Source: Macrostomum hystrix
Taxonomy: Eukaryota; Animalia; Platyhelminthes
Length of the DNA: 64,000 nucleotides
Direction of reading: 5' to 3'
NCBI GenBank assembly: GCA_950097015.1
Contig: CATNEN010000038.1
Span: 16,802,001-16,866,000, forward strand
Shown here: one piece after another, positions 27,525 to 40,460 of the stretch
Numbering within the stretch: the stretch's first letter is position 1
How the letters are laid out: the number at the start of each line of letters is the position of its first letter
Position numbers and translations under genes: made by a program
Notes under the pieces: generated by a model
Told to the model about the DNA's origin: nothing
Databases searched by the model: none
Seen by the model: the letters and a program-made list of their open reading frames with translations, nothing else

Positions 27525-29364
27525 TTTCCACGAGTCAAAGATCATGTCATGAACAAAAACACAATTTTTTCGCTGTTGTTTGTATCACTACTGTCCCAAG
27601 GAGACGGGGCTTATTTTTATTTGTTCGTCAACTTTTTTTTGTTTTCTTTAGCCGCGTTTTTTACGAGTACACTTGAGTAGATTTTATTCATTTTATGTTT
27701 TTGCTATAACTAGTGACTTTAGCACAGAGTTAACATGAGACGCTTGGCTAAAGGTGTCGATTCGCATTGTTGTTTGTAATTTTTCCCGCTTATCCGCTTG
27801 ATGTTAATACTCCATTCCATGCGTCAAGTCTTTTTGTACCTCACCAAAGTTACCTCGAATTAGCAGTTGTGCAACCTGAATTTTGACATGGCTCCTTGAT
27901 TGTTAAGGAAATACTTTAAGGGCTTGTGAATCATTTAGAGTGATGACTCAACTTTATTGGCAGTCACAAGCCTTAAAAACTTGATTGGTCGGGGTTCACT
28001 TAACTGTTTCTATTTTTAGACAACCTTGAGGGCAACCCCTTAATGCACAACCAAAACGGATGCACGTGACCATCCCAGCCAATCAGATTTCACGTGCATC
28101 TTTCGACCTTCTGAAACGAAACCGTGTTTAATGTTAGCACATACTACGAACCAATTACGAGCTAACTTACAGCCATTTTGATAAATAACATAATCGATAA
28201 GTTGAGTTAATACACGCTAACAATTAGCTTAGAAACTGCTGCTTTGCGTTTTCCAGAAAATTAGATTTCTTTGACTATTCTTCTCAGTATTCAATGTTTA
28301 ATAATGTATTTATTCGACTTTTTTAGCAAGTTTTTCTTGCAAGAAACTGTCGTCACGTGGACCAAATGATCGAATAATAATTTACTTAAAAAATTAATTT
28401 CTGATAATTGTATTGTTTTGCAGAAAGATAGCAGATTTGTTGTATCGCCTCTTCGTATATCAAGTTTTCTAGTTTTCTATTTTGTTTTGCACAAGCGCGC
28501 TGTGAAAACATATACTTACGAGTCTATATATGTTCTAGCGCAATTTTCGTTTTTAACGTGGATTTTTTCGGACATAATTAAAGTAAAACATAATTAGAAA
28601 TATGTTTTCGTTGTACTACTAGTAAGAGTAGAGCATTCAGTAGTATAATGTTGTCGTCAAGTCATACTTTCACAGTGTAACAAATAAAATAGTCTGCTAC
28701 TAGTATTTCTACGTAATGCTCGTTGTCTTTACTGCGTTGCCAGTTCATTTATACTCGTCCATACTCGTCCTTTACTACTTATTAGTAGTCATGTAGCTTT
28801 TTTAACCAAAGGAATTTCAACCCGTTTTTTAATTAGAAATTGTTGTGCGCGCATTTTGTGCTTAGTTTGTACTTTTTAGCACATTATAACTAAAAAACCT
28901 TTATCTGCAGCCACCCAGATTAAGAGTCAAATATTATGCCCAGCTGTTGCTTGTCATTTTTTACACAGTAACAAAATTAAGTTTTTGGTGTTACTGGATT
29001 CTTGTCTCATCGTCCTTTTGACGTGCGTCCACTAACTGGTTTTAAATATATACCGTAGCTTTGTACGCTTTATTCTATACATTGTTAATGGATAGCTATA
29101 CTCAATTCCATTGCAAACCTGTCGTCTTTAAATTTTATTCTTTTGTTGGAATTAATCAGAGGAAGAGCGGTCTAAAGCACTCTGAGGTACCTGAGCTCGA
29201 TTCCGCGACGAGGCCACATTCATTTTGGGCAGAATTGCCTCCTTGATGGCTGCGAGTCTCATAGTCCTCCAGAATCTGTTACTATGAACAGTGGAAAGAC
29301 GACTGGCATTTCAAATAGCCGAGCTTTTTTCTGTGCCTCCCACAATAATTAACTAAACGCAGTA

Positions 29365-29607
29365 CACGGGCAAAATTTTCCGCTGTATACGATTAAACTT
29401 CCCGAATCACTTAACATCCAACGGCATCGTCAAGATTTTCAATCATACAGATTTTTTTTAATCATACAGAGAAAATGTTAATTGTCCATGTCACCAGGTT
29501 CTTCGACAAGAATCGCTGAATATCTCGATGATGCTGATGATGCTCGATGATGGATTTATCTCAAAACCGGTCGTTCGGTAGGCAGTGGGTATTTAAAATA
29601 GCCCGTG
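29365..29607. mobile_element. Putative TA-target MITE of a dispersed family
   Basis: TA-CACGGGC ... GCCCGTG-TA ends. The internal motif GGCATCGTCAAGAT / ATATCTCGATGATGC recurs near 17140, 46090 and 52700. Confidence 0.45.
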
Positions 29608-30048
29608 TACTTTATCCAGGGAAACATAGCATGATTTGACAAAAATGCGCTTCTAAATCGCACTTAGAATGGGACCAAATAGCTAGAGAATTAAGACGAT
29701 TCCTGGGCGGATTCCGATGACAGAAATAGACAAAAATTACTACCTTTTTGGTAAGTTTGCATATGTCCAGTTATAGAAATTTCAAGTTAAGCTGTCGTTG
29801 GTTAAAACAAAGTTATAACGTCACAGATTATACTTATAGAAGCTAACAGCATTTTAAAACAGATAATACATGTGCAAAAAAGCAGTACTACTCTAAGTAG
29901 GCAGTAGGTAGGGAGATGAGATGCTGCTAGTAGGTTTAATTTCATTACAACAAATGCTGCTAAATAAGTGAATAAGAGAGTCAGCCAGAAATCTTAACGG
30001 ACTAGATAGATGCACAGCCGGCTGGTGATTTCACCATCAGCCCACCAT

Positions 30049-33000
30049 TCAGTCCGAGTCATCGTCAGAGGACCGACCGTCGTGGACAGCGTCGCGAATT
30101 TTCCTACCGGCAGCTTCCGGCTCCAATGGAACCTGGTGGCCGGCTCCACGAGCCCGCTGAACAGCCTGACCGTCAGAGAGCTGCGACTCTGACAGAACTC
30201 CGAACCTGCGGGACAGGGAAGGGCTCACCTGATTCAACGATGCCTAATTGAACTGCTAAATTAGCCAATAGGTGAGACAATAGAATGGATTGCTAGTCTA
30301 TCCCCAGTGGATGAAGGAATCGAATGGATTGCTACTCTAACCCATTGCGGAATTGCTAGTCTATCCAGAGTGGATGAAAGAATAGAATGGATTGCTAGTC
30401 TATCCAGAGTGGATGAAGGAATCGAATGGATTGCTAGTCTATCCCCAGTGGATGAAAGAATAGAATGGATTGCTAGTCTATCCCCAGTGGATGAAGGAAT
30501 CGAATGGATTGCTAGTCTATCCAGGGTGGATGAAGGAATCGAATGGATTGCTAGTCTATCCCCAGTGGATGAAAGAATAGAATGGATTGCTAGTCTATCC
30601 CCAGTGGATGAAGGAATCGAATGGATTGCTAGTCTATCCAGGGTGGATGAAGGAATCGAATGGATTGCTAGTCTATCCAGGGTGGATGAAGGAATCGAAT
30701 GGATTGCTAGTCTATCCCCAGTGGATGAAGGAATCGAATGGATTGCTAGTCTATCCCCAGTGGATGAAGGAATCGAATGGATTGCTAGTCTATCCCCAGT
30801 GGATGAAAGAATAGAATGGATTGCTAGTCTATCCCCAGTGGATGAAAGAATAGAATGGATTGCTAGTCTATCCAGAGTGGATGAAAGAATAGAATGGATT
30901 GCTAGTCTATCCCCAGTGGATGAAGGAATCGAATGGATTGCTAGTCTATCCCCAGTGGATGAAGGAATCGAATGGATTGCTAGTCTATCCAGAGTGGATG
31001 AATGAATAGAATGGTAATTGTATTATATAATCCTGGTTCAGTAGAAAAGACTCTTCAGAAAGCTCTCCAATCTCAGTTATGAGATTGATAATTGAGCATC
31101 TCAGAAGTCTAACATGTGAAAGCATCATAACCAGTAGTGTGGAACAAGTCTATTGTACATATACGACTCATCTTTTTCTTTTCCTAACGCAGATGATGCC
31201 TGATTTACTGGCTCAGTTGAGAATTAGTTTTCATTAGCTTTCGCATTCGATGACATTGAAAGAACGCCAAGCTCAGAAGTCTAACATGTTAAGAGCATCA
31301 CAGCCAGCCGAAGTTATCCTTACAAAAAAATTGAGGTACAAATGTAAACTAGACCTAGACCAAGAGTTTATTCTACATTAAATACAACAGCAAACATTGC
31401 TAAACATGTTTTACCATTTTTCTTCACTGTGCTAACTTAAGGGGGAAACGAAAAATACTGTTAAATTGATGAAAACCTAGCACACAGAATTAAGAACTGT
31501 TAGACAGGAGTGAAAAACCAGTTAGACTGAGTGAAAACCTGTCTGTTAGACAGAGTGTGAACCTGTTAGACAGAGTGAGAACCTGTTAGACAGAGTGAGA
31601 ACCTGTTAGACAGTGTGAACCTGTTAGACAGTGTGAACCTGTTAGACAGAGTGAGAACCTGTCTGTTAAACAGAGTAAGAACCTGTTAGACAGAGTGAGA
31701 ACCTGTTAGACAGACAGAGTGAGAACCTGTTAGACAGAGTGAGAACCTGTTAGAGTGAAAACCTCTTAGACACGATAAAGACCTGCTAAACCGAGTAAAA
31801 ACCTGTTAGACAGAGTGAAAACCTGTTAGACAGAGTGAAAACCTGTATTAAAAAAGCAATGACTCACTCAGTTAGGTAGGCCTCCAACTGGTCAGTTGAG
31901 CAGCAGTCTCCTAGTTCCCTGGCAAGGGCCACAAAGCTGCTGGTGACCTCGCCGGCTTTGTACACCACAATAGCCGGCAGGCCGCGTTCAACGAATCGTC
32001 GCGACACCAACGCTTGGGCAGCCGGAATACGGCAGAATTTCACCGTGGGATAACGGCCAGCCAATTCGTCTAGGGCGGAGTTGACAGCGGCGCAGGCGGG
32101 CTCCTCGGCCGAATCGTAGATGTGAATGATCACTTGAACGTCCGAGGATTCCGAGTCAACAGCCTGAACGAAGCTACCGCGGTCCAGTTGGGTGACACGG
32201 CCGAACAGCTTCCGCTGGGCCAGTGCTAGGCGCATCTCTTCAAGGCGCTGGCGCCGGTACTGGGCTAGGAATTCGTCCTCGATCTGTAGAGTCGACGGGG
32301 CAATGACCAACTTACTGACGGAAAATCTGGGGTAATGACCAACTTACTGACGGAAAATCTAGGGTAATAACCAACTTACTGGCCGTAAATCTAGGGTAAT
32401 GACCAACTTACTGACGGAAAATCTGGGGTAATGACCAACTTACTGACGGAAAATCTAGGGTAATGACCAACTTACTGACGGAAAATCTAGGGTAATGACC
32501 AACTTACTGACGGAAAATCTAGGGTATGATCAGCTTACTGACGGAAAATCTGGGGTAATGACCAACTTACTGACCAAAAATTCTAGGGTAATGATTAACC
32601 TACTGACGGAAAAGTGTAAGTTATTGCCTCCTCGCTGGCTGCTGGTCTAGTGTCATAAAATAATGTGCCATTGCCCACAGTCCTCCTGTAACTATTATTA
32701 TTATAGCGGCAGCGGTTATCGGAATACATCAGGCTAACTGGGCTAGCAGTCATATTAATTCTATTCTGTTCCAGAAATAAAACGAGCATCGGGCACCTCA
32801 GCCATCGCCTCCTCCAGCTCCGCGTCCAGCTGAGCCTCTCGCTCGTCCTCAGCCGCAGACCGGCAGGCGGTGGCCGCAGACAGTCGGGCAGCCAGTGCCA
32901 GCCGCTCGGCCGCCTGGTCGGCGCGGGCCTCGGCCTCCAGCTGTTTGAATCGGCGCCAATCCGCCACAACGCCCTTCGGCCCGGTGTTGGTGGCGGCTCC

Positions 33001-33177
33001 GCTCCAATCACGCGGCTCCTCCAGCTGCTGCTGCTGCTGCTGCTTCGGCGATTGCTGCTGCTTCTTACGGCCGTCATGTTCGTCGCCGCTGTCGCCTTCG
33101 TCTTCGCTGCCGCTGCTGCTGCTGCAGTAGTTGTGCACCTTCTCTCCTAGCAACCGGTCGTCAAGGGACAGAGCCAT
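30049..33177 (-). CDS. PDCL: Phosducin-like protein, 3 coding exons
   Basis: Exons 33177-32797, 32283-31868, 30205-30049 join in frame. MALSLDDRLLGEKVHNYCSSS, NTGPKGVVADWRRFKQLE, DEFLAQYRRQRLEEM, thioredoxin-like domain (YPTVKFCRI, GLPAIVVYKAGE), acidic C-terminus. Confidence 0.93.
30283..31015. repeat. 39-bp minisatellite (GAATGGATTGCTAGTCTATCCCCAGTGGATGAAGGAATC)n, about 18 copies
   Basis: Tandem units with two variable positions (CCCA/CAGA/CAGG and GGAATC/AGAATA), in PDCL intron 2. Confidence 0.97.
31495..31846. repeat. About 20-bp minisatellite (ACCTGTTAGACAGAGTGAGA)n
   Basis: About 17 imperfect copies just downstream (in transcript sense) of the PDCL exon 2 donor. Confidence 0.93.
32302..32612. 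repeat. 32-bp minisatellite (AATGACCAACTTACTGACGGAAAATCTRGGGT)n, about 10 copies
   Basis: Tandem array abutting the PDCL exon 2 acceptor. Confidence 0.95.
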
Positions 33178-35615
33178 CACAACTGAATGGGGAGAAATGG
33201 TGCATTGTGAAATTCCATAAAACACAACTATTTACTGTTTACTGTTTACAGTAAAATGCTATTCTATAGAAATAAATTCATGGATAAGCGGCTATGAGGA
33301 CTTGTTCTCAGAACATTTGTATCGGGCGCACACAAATATATTTACTTATGATTTCTTGATATTTTAAAGTCAAAATTTACAGTCTGAAAAATTAGCCTAA
33401 AGCTACTTAATTCTGGTCTGCAGAATTGAAAAACAGTTTAGCACCACCGCTTAGAAATCAAACCAGATGTAATAATTCAAGAGCTAATCATCGATCAAAT
33501 ATTAATTATAATAGGCATTATAAAGACGGTAATACAAGACACCCTTTCTAATTTAAGACTATATATAATTAGGCGCAACAATACACAGAAAGTATAGGAT
33601 AGGCAGAAATAGGCAGAATACAGAAGACAAACATACTGCACAGCCACAGCTACAACTCACAACAGTCGGCTCTTTAGTGGAACATATTGTTAGATATGCC
33701 AAAACTAGAAAAATATAATAACAGTTTTCTCTATACTTGCTACTCAATAAGTAGACAGATACGCGAGCGAGAGTAGGACGAATAAAAAATGTTCTACGCA
33801 TTGCAAAGAAGCAGAAAATCCACAGGAAAAAAAGATTAAAACAAAGATAAAATAAACAGAAAATAACACTATGCTGTGTTTGTTGCATTGATTAACCGCT
33901 GGTGTTGAAGGTGACAGCGGGTATCCTCATTGTCGTCTATCCTTGACTTATATCTAGCCATTTCCCCAATCTCCCAATCGTCTGATCTTAGACAACAAGT
34001 GATTTACTATTAATTTCCAATCTATTTTTACAGATACTAAATCACAACAGACAAGGCTGAATAGAATTTATGTAGCAATACGCAATAGACGATTATATAA
34101 TTTAGAGAAAGATTTTACAGCACGATAATTTCGCTTAATTTAGCACGCAGACTTTTTAAAAAGAAATTAATGCATGCCTATCTACAATGTAGAAAAGTTG
34201 AGTCTCATGAATGCAATACTTACCTATGCTGTAATATGCATTGAAATCATATATATATATCCATGTACATGCTGCACATTTACATTAAGAAAATGTTTAA
34301 ATTACGCAACACTTCTTAATATTATAATTGTCACAGTGTATAGACTGACAAGGACTCAGCATTTAGGAAGAGCACGCTAGGCGTATAAATAAAAACTTTA
34401 TACTTAAGCATATAGCTTAAGCTTATTATATTGGTATTTTGAAAATCTACAACTGATTAAAAATATTTCGCTTTTTTTATCGACTACATAGCACCATTTT
34501 TATATACATTATAAACTTTCAACATTGCTTACACTTCTCTAAAAAAGCTTTGAATGTAGAAAAGCGTATTAAAAACTGAATTTAACAATAATCAGATCTT
34601 GAATAACACAAATGTTCCTTAACTGGAGTATCTATTGAAGCTTTAAAAAAATCAGATTTCCGAAGCTAATAAAATAAAAGTTTACATAGTTTCTTGGCCA
34701 GAAAAAAAACTAATCTTAATCGTAAATAAAAGCCATCTAAATATAGCATCGTGACTGATATACACCTTTAAGAAATCGATACCCACTAAAGTACAGGCGA
34801 TACTCTAAAGTTTTTCTTCTCTTTCCTATCAACTGAATGTAGAAAGCGTTTTTGCGCCGTTAAAAGTTGAGCTACTAGCTCGTAAGGGGGGAATTTCTTC
34901 ATTCTTGTGCTGCACCCAATCGGAACAACGCAAGCACACGAAACTCAAGAACACGGGCCAACTTTTTGTTGCGCATCTTCTGAAACAAGAATCAGGTCGC
35001 CAGCTCTTCAGACCATCGAGATATTCAATAGTTCTGGCCGAAGGTCAGATTTTTCCCATAAGCGCTAGTGTATTTCATATACCCCTATACACGAATTAGC
35101 ACTGCGCCTCAGTGCAGCCTCAAAAAAGTTATCAGCATGTCATCCGAATGTGCCTGCATTATCTCCGCCTTCGGCGGTCATCTACCTTTATCTAGAGCGA
35201 CTTGCTAGACCTTTTAGGGCTACAACAGGTGGAATAATGCCACTATGGACACCCTGACACGAATTTCTCCAACGCTGTTAGCAATTAAGCTCTGCCAAAA
35301 AATTCAGGCAGGATTTCCCGGGCGGCAAAATGGCTTGTTAGTGCTACTGTTAAAGAAGCGTTTAAAACGTCTCCATACCGTTGCAAGTCACAGTACCATT
35401 TTTAGATCAAGATTATATAGACGAAGAAGGCAATCATTTTTGCCTCGTGAGCGCGCGTAGCAAAACGTGTTGTACATTTATGGGATTTCAAGAATCGCGT
35501 GTGCAATTTACAACACAATTATCTATCAACAGTCTTAAACAATTGCGGAAAGTAAACAAACTTCTTAATAAATTGAATTGTTAACCATCAATAGGGAGAT
35601 AAGATGATGCTGCGA

Positions 35616-37589
35616 TCAAGGCGAACTTGGCGCCGATAGGGAGCTGATGCCTGCGACGCTGAGAGGTGAAACGGGCTCGCTGATGCCGCCAGCCAAGCTG
35701 CTGTTGGCCGGCGAAGCTGCCGCAGTGCCGGCAGAAGAGCCGACTGCGGCAGCTGCGCCAGACGACAAAGCAGCGGTGGCGGAGCCGGCAGCCAGTGGCA
35801 GCACCTTCCTAGCTAGACGGGCTGGCAAGATGAAGGCTGAAGATTTCAATCGATCAATGGATCTCTGAGAGACGGCGCGATACTCTGGCAGTTCCAATAG
35901 CTGCAAAACTTCGTCTAGCAGCAGCAGATAGGTGCGTGCCCCAGTGGAACAGTTCAGATAGGATCTATCAACTAGAAAGCGCTTGTCTTCAGTGTCGCAC
36001 AGATAGCGAAACAAATGCCTGTGCCTATCGTAAACACGCTGACAGCCGCGCGATATAAGTCCCAAACAGCGGTTAACACAGCTGCCAACTACAAAGCTGC
36101 TGTCTGGGCCGACTAGAGTGCGACCAGACACTGAAACACCAGTGAGCGAGAGTGAATCACCGTCTAAACGATAGGCGCTGAATGGACTGCTACTACCTAT
36201 GCCCTCAGTCTGCTGCTGCAAAAGCTGCTGGCCAGCTATAGAAGATTCTCCTCCGATTGAGAACTGTGCAGCAATATCTTCAGCTACAGTGCGATAGAAG
36301 CTAAATCTGTGCTGCTGCTGCTGTTCCAGCAGCTGATCGTCCAGGCATTCGCAATCGCGAATATTATCTAGGCACGGCTGCACAAAGCTTTCAAAATAGC
36401 CAGCTAGCATTTTATCAATGTCGGCCCGAATTCGACGCTGCAGACAGGCGTGTACAAGGCGAATAGCTCGATTACTTTCCAAGTGAAGCTCGGCGCCAGC
36501 TCGCACCAGCAGGGAGTTAGTTAGATTCTTGCGCTTCTTAGCCGATGGCGCAGAATTGGCAGCCGCCGAAGTTGCCGCGGTCAGGCCAGAAGTTGACGCG
36601 CCGGACGTTTTCGCTTTTTCAACTCGACCAGACAGGATGGCGTCAGTTGAGCCACCAGACGCTTTACTGCGCTCAAATTCAACAATGCTATCAGCTATGT
36701 TACGCCGCCTGCTCATTGATAGGCGAAACGCGACCATGCCAGGAGCTGGTGGCTTCACAGCGCCGCTGTGTGACGACAGCATGGGAGAGCCAGTCTCTGG
36801 AAGGGGAGCTTCGGCCTCTTCAGCTGCTAATCTTGGCTCGCACTGCACGCCATTGTCAACTGTCTGCGGGGGCGTCAGGGAAGCTATGGATAGAGAAGGC
36901 GGAGGCGTCAACTGAGGCTGAGGCCTTGGATCCTCGATAAGCAAAGATGGCGGAGGACGAAAGCCTCCGCCACTGCCTATAACGGACAGCGATGGCAACT
37001 GAGGCGGTTGATTCTGATGCTGCTGGAGTTGATTCTGATGCTGCTGCTGCTGCTGCTGTTGTTGATGTTGAACAACTAGAGGGAGGCGAGGCTTTGGATG
37101 AAGCACTGTGATTGGATTGCTTACAGGGGGTTGCAGGATGAGTTGACGCTGATGCGAATGTTGCAGATGCTGCTGCTGCTGCAGATGGTGTACTATTGGT
37201 GGCGAATGATGATTGCTTGACGAGATTGGCGGATTAGGCATATCTGGAAACTGAGGGCGACTGTTATGGCCACCGTTGACTCCTCCATAGACATTGGGAT
37301 GTTGCAACTGCAACTGCTGCTGCTGAAAATGCTGCTGGTGATTGCTAATTTGCTGCTGCTGCTGCTGAAAACTAGCTGCAGCTGCTCCCAAATGCGAGGA
37401 AGCCGGATAGACAGTGGAGGCAGGAAAGCCTGGATGGATCAGGCTAGATGTTGTCCGGCTGTTGTTAACAAGCAGTGAGCTAAGAATAGACTGACTGCTA
37501 GTGCTGCCTCCACCGCCGACAGCATTGCCAGTTCGGCTAGGCAGCAGCATGCCACCATTCAGCCTGTTGAATGCTGGAGGCCCCGACAT
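35616..37589 (-). CDS. DNTTIP1: DNTTIP1/TdIF1-like protein (MiDAC subunit) with long Q/H/P-rich N-terminus, single coding exon
   Basis: 657-aa ORF. Dimerisation-like region (IRLVHACLQRRIRADIDKMLAGYFESFVQPCLDNIR) and C-terminal domain (FVVGSCVNRCLGL...RVYDRHRHLFRYLCDTEDKRFL...TGARTYLLLLDEV) resemble TdIF1; NLS-like AKKRK. Confidence 0.75.
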   Translation of the reverse strand: MSGPPAFNRLNGGMLLPSRTGNAVGGGGSTSSQSILSSLLVNNSRTTSSLIHPGFPASTVYPASSHLGAAAASFQQQQQQISNHQQHFQQQQLQLQHPNVYGGVNGGHNSRPQFPDMPNPPISSSNHHSPPIVHHLQQQQHLQHSHQRQLILQPPVSNPITVLHPKPRLPLVVQHQQQQQQQQHQNQLQQHQNQPPQLPSLSVIGSGGGFRPPPSLLIEDPRPQPQLTPPPSLSIASLTPPQTVDNGVQCEPRLAAEEAEAPLPETGSPMLSSHSGAVKPPAPGMVAFRLSMSRRRNIADSIVEFERSKASGGSTDAILSGRVEKAKTSGASTSGLTAATSAAANSAPSAKKRKNLTNSLLVRAGAELHLESNRAIRLVHACLQRRIRADIDKMLAGYFESFVQPCLDNIRDCECLDDQLLEQQQQHRFSFYRTVAEDIAAQFSIGGESSIAGQQLLQQQTEGIGSSSPFSAYRLDGDSLSLTGVSVSGRTLVGPDSSFVVGSCVNRCLGLISRGCQRVYDRHRHLFRYLCDTEDKRFLVDRSYLNCSTGARTYLLLLDEVLQLLELPEYRAVSQRSIDRLKSSAFILPARLARKVLPLAAGSATAALSSGAAAAVGSSAGTAAASPANSSLAGGISEPVSPLSVAGISSLSAPSSP

Positions 37590-38084
37590 TCAGGGCTGGT
37601 ACCCCTGGGTACTCTGTACTTGATTTTCACTGAATACCTTGATTGGATAATTAGATGCGCCACGAAAAGTTTAGTAGGGTGTGTCTGTGTGTCACATCTG
37701 AAAAATGATTGCAATGCAGATACTTATGTAAAAAAATATTTAAATACAGAAACATTTAATGTTAAATATATGTTTTACATATATAAAAGTATTATGGTTT
37801 AACTACATGTTTTTTATGTCACTTTATAGTTTAAAAAACTTAATTGCTAAATTAGCAGTCTATTGACCAGGACCTTACATCAGGTAATATTGAACTTACT
37901 AATTATAGTTTGTACCATCAATATTTCAAATAATTTGTAGACATAGATTGACTTTTCAAAATTTAGAGATTTTCTAATTCTACAAGGTGAGAGTATATAT
38001 ATTCCATTTTAACAATAAAATTAAGTATAATACTTCAATATTATGGAGAGATAGTATAGATAGATAGATCCATAACATTATTAT

Positions 38085-38640
38085 GGAGAGATGGCTTGGG
38101 GGCTTGTGCAATTCATGCCCTTGAGAGCCAACCTCAGAGCATACATGCGCAACACCCGGCCGAACCGGCTGGGTGAAACAAGTGCCAAGCAAGGTAAGTC
38201 ACAAAAACCAATCAACCAAGCACAAAAAAATCAAAGGGGGGACCAAGGGACAAAAAAGGAAGGCGTGAAGAAAAGGAAAAAGGGGAGAGAAAAAGAGAGC
38301 AAATGAGAGAAAACTAAGTCGCAAATAGAGCAATGAAACGAACTAAGTTGCAAATGACAGCAAACAAGTCGTAAATAGAGCAAAAACTAAGTCGCATAGC
38401 CGGCTAAGATTTAGGTTGCGCATGTATGCCTCAGAGGCACAATGAAGTGTATACTGTCTGACAATTAAAAAGTCGGGGCAGATGTACACACCTGTGTGAG
38501 CATATACCTCCATATGGTTTATGTGAGTATGTGCTCAGGAATCAACAAAATGGGCATAATTGCCCTCTGGCTAGCTATGGGTCTTGTGTCACCAAATGAT
38601 GTCATTGACTGCATCCTTCCTACAACAAACAATAATATTA
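38085..38640 (+). mobile_element. 5'-truncated SINE family A copy split by a hAT MITE
   Basis: Family A body at 38085-38139 resumes at 38437 (GCACAATGAAGTGTATACTG...GCAGATGTACACACCTGTGTGAGC). Confidence 0.7.
38140..38428 (+). mobile_element. Non-autonomous hAT-type MITE, family M, copy 1
   Basis: 14-bp TIR CATACATGCGCAAC / GTTGCGCATGTATG; perfect 8-bp TSD CCTCAGAG (38132-38139 and 38429-38436); subterminal CTAAGTYGCAAAT repeats. Confidence 0.9.
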
Positions 38641-39844
38641 TTATGGCAAGTTATTTGAAATAAAATGTATACATATATAATTTTGGTCACTTTATAATGC
38701 TTTTATTGTACAAAAAAGAATACTTGCTTATGTAACAGGGCTTATGACTCTACTTTTCTCTCTCTTGGTAGCGTATCTCTTGGCACAAGCGGTTTATCTT
38801 TCTAAGGCAAGGGTCTCTTATTCGATCCAGTCTTTGCTGGGTGTTTTCCATGGATCAGAGGGTCACAGCCTCAAATAACCAACTCAACACTTGAACACCT
38901 TCTTACTCTGTTATAGCTTATTTGCTTTTCACCACACTGGCATGTTGCTTTGTCTCACAGGAATTGCACTTGTTTATATACACAAAAAAGGTTTGTTAAA
39001 ATGAATGAATTTGACAGAATATTTATAGTATTTTACATATAAAAATATTTAGCTCATTTAAACAAAGAGCATAGGTACGAATTTGACTTTAAAGAATGAT
39101 AAAAGCATCCCTAATACATTTATCATAAACTAAAATGATTTTTTTAAAGCTTAAAATTTAATTTTTAGGCCTTTTTGAAATCCTTAGCTATTTAATTTCT
39201 TTTCTTTGTTCATTACTACTAAAAACATTAATTAATACAATATGTTGAATTTGACAAGGACAAGTTATTCTTAGTATAGGCCCTAGCCATAGAAAGGGTT
39301 AGCTAAGTTAAAGCCTAAGACCTACTTAAGAAACTTAAAACTAAGAAACTAAGAGACTTGAATACGATAATGCTACATAGCTTGATATTGTATATTTTAT
39401 AACTTTGTGGACAATTGTCAATACTTGACTAGGCCTAGGTAGGCATAGCTGTTACAAATACTATGGTTGTGTATAGAATTGTATTGCTTGGAAATTGGCA
39501 AGCTCGGCTCTATTATTGTGTAAATGATAAAATAATAATTATTATTATAGGAGGGCTACAAGCAGTGGCACATAATCAAATGACACATTTCTGCCCATTT
39601 TGCTGACTCCAAAGCACAAATGCACATATACCATATCCATTACTATTGAGATACTATCTATAACACTTACACTAATTATATTTATATGCTAGGCAGGAAT
39701 GAATTGTTAGGCCCTACTACTTTAAAAAGCAACTGCTAGAGCCCAACATAATTAAAAAATATAAAACTTCATACCATAAAAGTACATGATATATTTGAAG
39801 TATTTGACTTGTGCTTTGCATGTACTATTCAGTACTGGAGTTAT

Positions 39845-40460
39845 GGCATAGTTCTAGTTTACAAGCAGCTCTTTTTTAGCCTACTTTATTTTATTTTATT
39901 TTATTTTATAATTCTACAAATCTACTTTAATTTGTTATATTAATTTCATATATTTTTTAACTCTTAGCACAACCCTTTCAACCATTATGGCCACTCACCC
40001 AGCTGCACTGATATTTATTTGCCCTGCAAAAGAAATTGTTAATGCTGCCAAGCTTTTAAACTATACTAAAAGAAACTTTGGAATTTTTGAGATGGTAGAA
40101 GCCAGTCGGGATGAATTTGCCACCATGAAGTGGCTTGCCAAGCATCACCTGATTTCCAACCAGGCAAGATGCACTTGATGTGACATAGACATGTCTGCAA
40201 TGCTGACAGGGAAGCATGTTCATTGATGGCTATGCCTGGGCTTGCTGCCAATGTTGGATGTAGCACTCAGTCACATGCAGATCGTTTTTTGTCAATTCGC
40301 ACCTATGACTGGCCCAGGTGTTGGAGTTCATGTACTACTGGTCTTTGGACGCAGCATGTTGCAGCAGGAGGCCCGTGAGCCTCTGTTTATTATAAAAAAA
40401 CAGGGTTAAATAATTTAACAAAAGGCAGAATAATATAATGATGTAAACTAGAACTATGCC
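39845..40460 (+). mobile_element. Deleted Merlin (ISXO2-like) DNA transposon
   Basis: TIR GGCATAGTTCTAGTTTAC / GTAAACTAGAACTATGCC; degenerate 8-bp TSD GGAGTTAT / AGAGTTAC. Broken coding remnant MKWLAKHHLISNQARCT*C...DGYAWACCQC...SFFVNSHL*LAQVLEFMYYWS resembles the Merlin N-terminal zinc-ribbon region. Confidence 0.75.

Noticed and set aside
30283-31015. CRISPR-like array or 232-aa repeat protein
   Set aside because: Units are contiguous with no unique spacers, no cas genes, eukaryotic intron context. The ORF follows from a stop-free 39-bp unit and is antisense to PDCL.
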